From Leptolyngbyaceae cyanobacterium bins.349 (GTDB taxonomy: Bacteria > Cyanobacteriota > Cyanobacteriia > Leptolyngbyales > Leptolyngbyaceae), in contig JANRIS010000050.1 of the NCBI GenBank assembly GCA_033764685.1, forward strand, positions 98,034 to 162,033: a stretch of DNA of 64,000 bases. The letters run 5' to 3'. The translations under genes and the position numbers were made by a program. Positions 1 through 6,735 of the stretch are shown here, one piece after another (the stretch's first letter is position 1; each line of letters begins with the position of its first letter). The notes below the pieces were generated by a model. It saw nothing but the letters and a program-made list of their open reading frames with translations. It was not told the DNA's origin and did not search any database.

Positions 1-180
1 GCGATAATCACCGGTACGAATACGGTACTCATTGTCAGAACCTTTCATCTTGACCACTCCATCAGGGCGTGGGGCTTCGGCAAGTTCCTGAATCTTGACA
101 GCAATGCGATCGTAAACGTCATCAGGCAAAGCATCTAGCTGTTTCTGCACAGCTTTCGGTGTGATAATGGTGTAAGTCAT
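1..180 (-). CDS. RelE/ParE-family type II toxin, N-terminal part only (the gene runs off the left edge of the window)
   Basis: My own reverse-complement translation from the ATG at 180-178 gives MTYTIITPKAVQKQLDALPDDVYDRIAVKIQELAEAPRPDGVVKMKGSDNEYRIRTGDYR. The KMKG...YRIR.GDYR block is the RelE/ParE core. The start overlaps the stop of the upstream antitoxin ORF (177-179) as ATGA. Confidence 0.65.
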   Translation of the reverse strand, partial: MTYTIITPKAVQKQLDALPDDVYDRIAVKIQELAEAPRPDGVVKMKGSDNEYRIRTGDYR

Positions 181-416
181 GCCGATCGCTCTGCCCGTTG
201 CACCCTGTATTCATCAAAGGTCAGGTAATCCCCTGCTGTGTAATCAGCACGGGCAGCTTGAATTTCAGCAATGTCCTCAGTCGAATCCTCATCGTCGGGA
301 AACAATTCCGCTTCTAAAAGCTCCCAAAGCTGATGTTTTTCAGCAATGCCTAGTGAGGAAATTGCTTGCAACAATGATTGAAATGAGATGTTTACTTTCA
401 CAGTATTGTCAGCCAT
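177..416 (-). CDS. Type II antitoxin-like small acidic protein, partner of the RelE/ParE toxin
   Basis: 79-aa ORF with an acidic centre (DDEDSTED) and a C-terminal AARADYTAGDYLTFDEY motif typical of cyanobacterial RelE/ParE antitoxins. It overlaps the downstream toxin start by 4 nt. A GGAGG-like sequence lies upstream (tggagg at ~424-429 on the minus strand). Confidence 0.6.
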   Translation of the reverse strand: MADNTVKVNISFQSLLQAISSLGIAEKHQLWELLEAELFPDDEDSTEDIAEIQAARADYTAGDYLTFDEYRVQRAERSA

Positions 417-434
417 TAGAACTTACCTCCATTT

Positions 435-529
435 TTATTTTGCATCGTATATTTTTAATTGCTCCTGTGCCCATTCTCGCAGTTGTTCATCGGGATCATT
501 GAGGGCGCGATCGCAAAGCGATCCGAAGT
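435..529 (-). repeat. Orphan copy C of the 3' end of the NACHT-HEAT gene (non-functional remnant)
   Basis: Minus-strand reading gives DFGSLCDRALNDPDEQLREWAQEQLKIYDAK*. Nucleotides 457-514 match 54 of 59 positions of the authentic gene end (about 1577-1635) by hand alignment. Homology begins at a HIP1 site. Confidence 0.8.
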
Positions 530-559
530 CTCAGGACGGTCGAATGGAGGTTAGGAGAG

Positions 560-843
560 TCAGCTATTTTTGTAGACATCACCTCTACTTCCAATCGCAT
601 AAATCTCAACATCGCCGGAATTCATGTCAACTGTAAAAATCAAACGAATTTTGCCAACTCGTAGCCTGTAAAAACCTTCCCATTCTCCTTTCATTTGTTT
701 GAATCGAGTTCTGTAAATGGAATAATGCTTTGCTCTTCAACAGCAGTCAATCGTTGATTTAGCTTCTCTTGAATTCGGCTCAGGGTGTCAGGATCAGTTT
801 TCTCAATAAATTTGATTGCTGGCTTACGAAATTTGATTGCCAT
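560..843 (-). pseudogene. RelE/ParE-family toxin split by an apparent frameshift
   Basis: Hand translation. Piece 1 (843-691) reads MAIKFRKPAIKFIEKTDPDTLSRIQEKLNQRLTAVEEQSIIPFTELDSNK*. Piece 2 (694-560, a different frame) reads MKGEWEGFYRLRVGKIRLIFTVDMNSGDVEIYAIGSRGDVYKNS*. Joined, they make one RelE/ParE-like protein (KG...YRLRVG.IRLIF core). Neither piece reached the 60-aa ORF cutoff. Confidence 0.6.
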
Positions 844-1045
844 GCTTCACCCAAGCAGTCATGTCAATCGCTTTCTCGTCCTGGTAATTGGCAGGTGAGC
901 CAAAGTCAGTCTCTAACTCCGCTTGTTCTTCATCATCCACATAGGGCGTGAGAATTTTGCAAAGTAGCAATCGCTCTTCCCGCAACACTTCCCGCATACT
1001 TTCTTTAATTAGTGCTTTAAGTTCTTGAATCTCCATGCTCATCAC
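824..1045 (-). CDS. Type II antitoxin-like protein, partner of the frameshifted RelE/ParE
   Basis: 73-aa ORF containing PYVDDEEQAELETDFGSPANYQDE...DMTAWVK, a common cyanobacterial RelE-associated antitoxin pattern. Its 3' end overlaps the toxin start at 843 by 20 nt. Confidence 0.55.
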   Translation of the reverse strand: MMSMEIQELKALIKESMREVLREERLLLCKILTPYVDDEEQAELETDFGSPANYQDEKAIDMTAWVKHGNQIS

Positions 1046-1084
1046 CTTTGATTTAAGATTGGTTTGTCTTTCAAGTCGTTTCTA

Positions 1085-1198
1085 TTAGTTTTTCTCCTCT
1101 ATCTTTTTCAACTGCTTCTGTGCCCATTCTCGCAGTTGCTCATCAGGATCGCTGAGGGCGCGATCGCGCAGCAGTTCAAAAGTTTTGGAATGAGTGGG
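1085..1198 (-). repeat. Orphan copy B of the 3' end of the NACHT-HEAT gene (non-functional remnant)
   Basis: Minus-strand reading gives FPTHSKTFELLRDRALSDPDEQLREWAQKQLKKIEEKN*. About 75 of 90 nt are identical to 1577-1666 by hand alignment. It starts immediately after the stop codon of the 1202-1414 ORF. Confidence 0.8.
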
Positions 1199-1201
1199 AA
1201 A

Positions 1202-1414
1202 TTAACCTTTCCAATTTTGTTTAGCTCTGGAAAAGATCTCGTCTAGTTGCTGTTCTTCATAGATCTGACGAAAAATTTCTACATAGTCAGTTGAATTCTG
1301 GTTAATTAATGCTAGAAAGCGCAGAGTTGCTGCCATACCGAGTTCCTGTTTGAGGGTGGCAATTACTCTGACTCGAAGCTGAGCATCATTCATGGCTGGG
1401 ATGGAATCTGTCAT
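1202..1414 (-). CDS. Small conserved antitoxin-like protein (unnamed family)
   Basis: 70-aa ORF. Its start overlaps the stop of the upstream PIN-like stub as ATGA. The pattern ...LRFLALINQNSTDYVEIFRQIYEEQQLDEIFSRAKQNW resembles small proteins I recall next to PIN-type genes in cyanobacteria. This is memory only. Confidence 0.4.
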   Translation of the reverse strand: MTDSIPAMNDAQLRVRVIATLKQELGMAATLRFLALINQNSTDYVEIFRQIYEEQQLDEIFSRAKQNWKG

Positions 1415-1545
1415 GGGGTTTCTCTCCGGATATAATCAACTGGATTCATCACTTCACAAGCTAATGCTTCAATTTGAATGCGAATCTGATTGGGGTCATC
1501 AAATCTTCGCTGAAAGCAGTTGTAGTCCAGGTAAATTAAGTCCAT
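1411..1545 (-). pseudogene. PIN-like toxin, N-terminal stub only (44 codons)
   Basis: MDLIYLDYNCFQRRFDDPNQIRIQIEALACEV resembles the N terminus (first acidic motif, (I/L)YLD..C..RPFDDQ.Q.RI..EAEA) of ~150-aa PIN-like proteins. The ORF stops after 44 codons. Its ATG (1545-1543) overlaps the last codons of the NACHT ORF. Confidence 0.35.
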
Positions 1546-4500
1546 CCGCTTGCTCCTCCCTGGCTCTCCATCTGTTGCAATTGCTCCTGTGCCCATTGGC
1601 GTAGTTGTTCATCGGGGTCATTGAGGGCGCGATCGCGCAGCAGTTCAAGAGTTTTAGGATGAGATGGATGGTAGTTCAGAAATTCATTTAGAATGAACCA
1701 TTTCGACTCTTGTGCTTGTGGAAGAAAATGATGCTGTAGCCATATCAGAGTATCTGTTTTATCACCGTAATGCTCGATTATTTCTTCTACCACTTGTCGC
1801 TGAGGAAACTGCTCAAGTCTGTCAAGAATAAATTGTTGCACCCACGTTAAAGCTGTTGAATTTTTGCCATAGTATCGAACGATTGCTACTAAAGCAGATA
1901 TTTGAACATCTGAATCTTCGTCTTGTTGAGCGTAATTCATCAGCTGTTCTAGAGATTTTGGATCACCTGCGTAATACTCAGCAATTGTGAACACTGCATC
2001 AGATACTCCATTTCTAACCAATGATTGTAGTGATGATAAAGCTTGTGGCTGATTCTTTAAATATCTCCCGATCATCTCTAAGACAAATGATGAAATCACC
2101 TCATCTTTACCGAAGACATCATTCAGCAGCCATGGCAGAGTTTGAGGATCATCTGAAAAATGGCGAGACACTGCTGATACCAGCGGTATTATCTCCCACC
2201 ACTCTGAATTGTCAATCATCTCCCACTGCTCTTTCAGCCATAGAAGCGTATCTGATCTATCTTGAAAATACTTGGAAATTCGATTGCAAATTGCATAGAG
2301 AATATCATGCAGATTTTCCAGAAGATTATGGTTGTTCTTGGTGGAAAACTTAGCTGCTAAAAGACTAGAAGAATGATCTTTATAAAACTCTTTCAGCATT
2401 GATAATAATCGAGAACCAATTAACTCAGTTATTTCTGATTTTCCTATCTCTCCGAAGCAATCAGTTGCGATCAAAAGTTTCTTCAGTGAATGGCTTGCCT
2501 GATATCCCTCATACTCTTCATCACCTTCAGGACAACCGAAATCTTCATCAATGTACTCAGGCTCTTGTTTTATCAGAAACTCGATTAACTCACCTGCAAA
2601 CCTAGGATCGATCGCCCCACAAATGAGCCTCAAAACCTCATGCCAAGTTTCATCTTGCCAATGGTTCCCAAACACCTCATCGCGGAGTTGTTCAAAGGTG
2701 AGGGTGCGTTGTTTTTCAAAGCGATGAACAATTTCAACGGCACAAAAATATTCTAAAAAGGTGCGGTGCATGAAGCCGTAGGTGTCGGCTCCGCGATAGC
2801 AGAGGATGAAGTTGCGTTCTCGGAGTTGTTGAATTAAGCGATTGGCTTTTTCACGGGGTTCGCTGAAGCCCTGATCACGCAAATAGTCCGTCAAAATGCG
2901 GGTGAGGCGATCGCTGCTAATCAAATTTCCCTTTAGACCTTCTTCGCCTGCCTGCATCTCATAGGCGATCGCCCGCAACATCTCCTTTTTTTCTCGTCGC
3001 CCGATCGCGTCCATTGGGATCTGCAACTGCTTATGGTCTACATCCCAGTGGTAGAGCAACACGCGCGAAGCCTGATCGTAGAGATCGGCGCGATCGCGGG
3101 GGAGTTCCTGCCGTCGATTCAGGATTGCCATCATCGTCAGCAACAGCGGATTATCTGCCAGGTTGGCGATCGCTTTAGAGTTGGCGATCGCATCCTTCAA
3201 GCGCTGTTTTAGCCGGACTTTATCGGGATCGCTGCCCATTGAGAGGTCATACCAACGATCGATGAATTCGTGCATCTCGTCGGTATTGAGGGATTGAATG
3301 GTGAAGTGTCGGAATCCGCTGTGCTGAAGGCGATCGGGGTTGTAACCGATGCTGCGGGATGTGACTAATATCTGAGCTTTGGGATATTGCTGGGAAAAGC
3401 GAATGATGTCATCGATGACGGTGGCTTGGGTGGCGCGATCGAACACCTCATCCAGACCATCAAACATCACCCGCGTTGGATTCTCTAGCAAATGCTGATG
3501 TAATTGTTGCTGATCAAACTGCCAATCGACACCGCGACCTCGATGCAAAAATTCGAGGAAGTTAGCAGATGGATTGATGGCAAATTCTCGCAACTCAATC
3601 AATAAGGGCAGTTTTTCTGTTTTGACCTCGACCCACTCCAGTGCCAGATATTGCAACAGACTCGACTTACCCGAACCTGGATCGCCCAGAATTACTGCCC
3701 GTTGTGCGTAAGATTCGATCCCCCTAAATCCCTCTTGAAAAGGGGGACTTTCACTTTCGGTTCCCTCCTTGTTAAGGAGGGCTAGGGAGGATCGCCCCTG
3801 TCCGATCACCTCGAAAACTTTTCGGGCAGGTTGCGTCCAGAAGTCAGACTTCTCTAAGAAGTCCGACTTCTGGACATCGCGAGGCAGGTCATAGCGCAGG
3901 GGGGGCAGGGCTTCTCGTACCGTTTGCTCGATGAACATAGCCCAGAGCTTGATGGCATCGGCGCGATCGGTGCTGTCGAGGGTAAACAACCTCAAATAGC
4001 CATAATTAGTCTGCAAAGTATGGCGATACGTCTCAATATCAAATCCGGGTGAGAGTTGCGCCGTATTGCGGGCAATGTTTTCCAGGAGTTCGGTGTCCAG
4101 GAGCGATCGCAATTCTGGCGATTCTCGCACAATCCGCCGCACTTTTTTGACATATTCGCTGCCAATCCGCTGCCAATCGAAATCTGCTGGCATGGGCGGA
4201 AAGGGTTGCTGCCTGAATAAAGACTTTTGCCAGGTTGCTGACAGCGTTTCAATGTCAATCGCACGACAGTCTTGCTCAAATGCCTTGCCCAGAATCGGTT
4301 TTACCGTGTCATCCTGAACAAACTGAAGTAAGGGTTGCTCATAGCGATCGCGAATCGCTAATTCCGAAATCCCCTGATCCAGCAACTCATCTTCTACGAG
4401 CAGTAAAAAGGCTTGTAATGCCTCTGCGATCGCTTTCTTTGCTGCCTCTGGTTTGGCCGCGACAACCCCGTCCTTCAAACATCCTTTGAAAAAATCTTTC

Positions 4501-4598
4501 ACATAATCTTCAGCGGCAGCCTGTCCTAACTTCAAGACTTGCTCAAAGATGACTTTTCCCAGTTCTGCGGTGGCAATCGTCGCGAACCATTCCAGCAT
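1536..4598 (-). CDS. NACHT (STAND) P-loop NTPase with an uncharacterised ~300-aa helical N-terminal domain and C-terminal HEAT-like repeats
   Basis: 1020-aa ORF. Walker A is AVILGDPGSGKSSLLQYLA and Walker B is RVMFDGLDEV, followed by ILVTSR, the usual NACHT layout. The C-terminal third is helical repeats ending in RDRALNDPDEQLRQWAQEQL, a HEAT/PBS-lyase-like repeat. Confidence 0.85.
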   Translation of the reverse strand: MLEWFATIATAELGKVIFEQVLKLGQAAAEDYVKDFFKGCLKDGVVAAKPEAAKKAIAEALQAFLLLVEDELLDQGISELAIRDRYEQPLLQFVQDDTVKPILGKAFEQDCRAIDIETLSATWQKSLFRQQPFPPMPADFDWQRIGSEYVKKVRRIVRESPELRSLLDTELLENIARNTAQLSPGFDIETYRHTLQTNYGYLRLFTLDSTDRADAIKLWAMFIEQTVREALPPLRYDLPRDVQKSDFLEKSDFWTQPARKVFEVIGQGRSSLALLNKEGTESESPPFQEGFRGIESYAQRAVILGDPGSGKSSLLQYLALEWVEVKTEKLPLLIELREFAINPSANFLEFLHRGRGVDWQFDQQQLHQHLLENPTRVMFDGLDEVFDRATQATVIDDIIRFSQQYPKAQILVTSRSIGYNPDRLQHSGFRHFTIQSLNTDEMHEFIDRWYDLSMGSDPDKVRLKQRLKDAIANSKAIANLADNPLLLTMMAILNRRQELPRDRADLYDQASRVLLYHWDVDHKQLQIPMDAIGRREKKEMLRAIAYEMQAGEEGLKGNLISSDRLTRILTDYLRDQGFSEPREKANRLIQQLRERNFILCYRGADTYGFMHRTFLEYFCAVEIVHRFEKQRTLTFEQLRDEVFGNHWQDETWHEVLRLICGAIDPRFAGELIEFLIKQEPEYIDEDFGCPEGDEEYEGYQASHSLKKLLIATDCFGEIGKSEITELIGSRLLSMLKEFYKDHSSSLLAAKFSTKNNHNLLENLHDILYAICNRISKYFQDRSDTLLWLKEQWEMIDNSEWWEIIPLVSAVSRHFSDDPQTLPWLLNDVFGKDEVISSFVLEMIGRYLKNQPQALSSLQSLVRNGVSDAVFTIAEYYAGDPKSLEQLMNYAQQDEDSDVQISALVAIVRYYGKNSTALTWVQQFILDRLEQFPQRQVVEEIIEHYGDKTDTLIWLQHHFLPQAQESKWFILNEFLNYHPSHPKTLELLRDRALNDPDEQLRQWAQEQLQQMESQGGASGWT
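3717..3793. repeat. Small palindromic dispersed-repeat-like insertion inside the NACHT ORF, in frame
   Basis: The ends gatccccCTA / TAGggaggatc form inverted termini. A perfect internal hairpin ccctcctt-gtt-aaggaggg lies at 3763-3781. It encodes ...LNKEGTESESPPFQEGFRGIE just N-terminal of the P-loop (P-loop DNA at about 3663-3690). Confidence 0.55.
3836..3874. repeat. Two adjacent copies of a 15-nt hairpin (agaagtcNgacttct) forming a 39-nt near-palindrome inside the NACHT ORF
   Basis: The sequence tccagaagtcagacttctctaagaagtccgacttctgga nearly equals its own reverse complement. It encodes the duplicated peptide QKSDFLEKSDFW. Confidence 0.7.
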
Positions 4599-4883
4599 GG
4601 CAACATTTTAGACGTAGCTGCTCTTCTACTATCGCATTCCCATTCAACTGGGTGCATCCCACAAATGCAGCCCTCATCCTACAATCCCTCTCCCAGGGAG
4701 GGCTACCGTGTATACATAAGGACTGCGATCGCCCAAGACTTCGCCCAAAATCAACGGGTTGCGCTGGGGTGGCATCGGTGGGGTGGCAAGGAGATTGGTG
4801 AACCCAGCGATTTGCTGAATGAATCGCCCGCCGCGGCCCATCGCCCTTCATAATGGAGACAGTCCGCTTTACATTGCTTCATC

Positions 4884-6395
4884 ATGGCGAGAGATCTTCA
4901 AGGGTTTATTCAACTGCTAGAGCAAAAGGGCAACCTGCGCCGCATCTCGGCACTGGTAGATCCCAATTTGGAAATTGCCGAAATTGCGAATCGGATGTTG
5001 CAAAGCGGTGGTCCGGCGCTCTTGTTTGAAAACGTGAAGGGGTCGCCTTATCCTGTGGCCATTAACCTGATGGGGACCGTCGAGCGGGTTTGCTGGGCCA
5101 TGAACATGGAGCACCCCGCAGAATTAGAAACGCTGGGTCAAAAACTGGCACTACTGTATCAACCGCGCCCGCCCAAAAAGATTTCGCAAGCGGTGGAGTT
5201 GGGCAAAGCCTTGTTTGATGTGATTAAAGCGAAACCCGATCGCGATTTGTTTCCCCCCTGTCAGCAAGTGGTGTTGAAAGGCGATGAGGTGGATTTGACC
5301 AAGCTGCCGTTGCTTAGAGTCTATCCGGGGGATGCGGCGAAGGTGATCACCTTAGGCTTGATGATTACCAAAGACCCCGAAAATAAAACGGTGAATGTGG
5401 GGGTGTATCGCCTGCAATTGCAATCCAAAAATACGATGACGGTGCAATGGCTTTCAGTGCGGGGCGCGACACGCCATCTTCGCAAAGCCGCCGAAATGGG
5501 TAAGAAGTTAGAAGTGGCGATCGCGATCGGGGTAGATCCACTTGTAATCATGGCGGCGGCGACTCCGCTTCCGGTGGACTTATCAGAATGGCTATTTGCT
5601 GGACTTTACAGCGGTCGAGGAATTAACTTAGCAAAATGCAAAACCGTGGATCTGGAAGTGCCTGCCGATTCTGAGTTTGTGCTGGAGGGCACGATTACTC
5701 CCGGTGAGGTGGCGATCGATGGTCCTGCTGGCGATCACATGGGCTATTACGGCGGGGTGAATGAAAAAGCGCCCCTGCTGCATTTCCACTGTATGACTCA
5801 TCGCAAAAACCCGATTTACCTGACTACGTTTAGTGGTCGTCCGCCGAAAGAAGACGCGATGATGGCGATCGCCCTCAACCGGATTTACACCCCCATCCTG
5901 CGGCAACAGGTGCCGGAAATTGTGGATTTCTTCCTGCCGATGGAAGGGCTGTCTTACAAAATTGCGGTGATTGCGATCGACAAAGCTTATCCTGGTCATG
6001 CGCGGCGGGCGGCGTTAGCCTTCTGGACCGCACTGCCCCAGTTCAACTACACCAAATTTGTGGTTGTCGTAGACAAGGACATTAACATCCGCGATCCGCG
6101 TCAGGTGGTATGGGCCATCACTTCTAAGGTGGATGCGGTGCGAGATGTGTTCATTCTGCCAGATAACCATTTTGACTCCCTAGACTTTGCCACCGAACGC
6201 CCCGGACTCGGCAGCCGTATGGGCATCGACGCGACAACGAAAATGTACCCTGAAAGCGATCGCCCCTGGAGCGATACCCTGGAACCGGATCCTGACACCG
6301 CTGCAATGGTCGATCGCCGTTGGGCAGAATATGGCTTAGCCGACTTGAAACTGGACGAGGTGAATCCCAACCTGTTTGGCTATGATGTGAAGTAG
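4884..6395 (+). CDS. ubiD: UbiD-family (de)carboxylase (4-hydroxy-3-polyprenylbenzoate decarboxylase type, plastoquinone/ubiquinone pathway)
   Basis: 503 aa. The N terminus MARDLQGFIQLLEQKGNLRRISALVDPNLEIAEIANR...GGPALLFENVKG and the overall length are characteristic of UbiD. Confidence 0.9.
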   Translation: MARDLQGFIQLLEQKGNLRRISALVDPNLEIAEIANRMLQSGGPALLFENVKGSPYPVAINLMGTVERVCWAMNMEHPAELETLGQKLALLYQPRPPKKISQAVELGKALFDVIKAKPDRDLFPPCQQVVLKGDEVDLTKLPLLRVYPGDAAKVITLGLMITKDPENKTVNVGVYRLQLQSKNTMTVQWLSVRGATRHLRKAAEMGKKLEVAIAIGVDPLVIMAAATPLPVDLSEWLFAGLYSGRGINLAKCKTVDLEVPADSEFVLEGTITPGEVAIDGPAGDHMGYYGGVNEKAPLLHFHCMTHRKNPIYLTTFSGRPPKEDAMMAIALNRIYTPILRQQVPEIVDFFLPMEGLSYKIAVIAIDKAYPGHARRAALAFWTALPQFNYTKFVVVVDKDINIRDPRQVVWAITSKVDAVRDVFILPDNHFDSLDFATERPGLGSRMGIDATTKMYPESDRPWSDTLEPDPDTAAMVDRRWAEYGLADLKLDEVNPNLFGYDVK

Positions 6396-6412
6396 CGGCA
6401 GGTGAAACTCCA

Positions 6413-6697
6413 ATGACGTCAACGACTCCTCCCAACGAACCCACCCTCGCGGATGTCATCAACAAGCTTGATGCCCTGACCCAGGGGCAACAGCACTTGG
6501 GTCAGACACAGGAACGATTTTCTCAAGACTTAGAAAAACTGGCTCAGACACAGGAACGATTTTCTCAAGAACTGGAGCGATCCAACGATCGCTTCAGCAC
6601 TTACCAGCAAGCGACACAGTGGGTTGTGCAACTGGCTTTCACCTTAATCGCCTCAGCCACTGTGACCGTCATCATCACCTCTGTGCTGAAGCGTTAA
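6413..6697 (+). CDS. Small coiled-coil protein with a C-terminal transmembrane anchor
   Basis: 94-aa ORF starting 17 nt after ubiD. It has the duplicated heptad-like segment QTQERFSQDLEKLA/QTQERFSQELERSN and a hydrophobic tail WVVQLAFTLIASATVTVIITSVL. Confidence 0.5.
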   Translation: MTSTTPPNEPTLADVINKLDALTQGQQHLGQTQERFSQDLEKLAQTQERFSQELERSNDRFSTYQQATQWVVQLAFTLIASATVTVIITSVLKR

Positions 6698-6735
6698 TGT
6701 TAAGGAAATTGGCTACTGTGCCAAGCTCTGCAACA

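Noticed and set aside
4539-4853. 104-aa (plus) and 102-aa (minus) ORFs in the NACHT/ubiD divergent spacer
   Set aside because: They overlap each other and the NACHT 5' end, and the region holds a MITE-terminus-like repeat. It is more likely promoter DNA.
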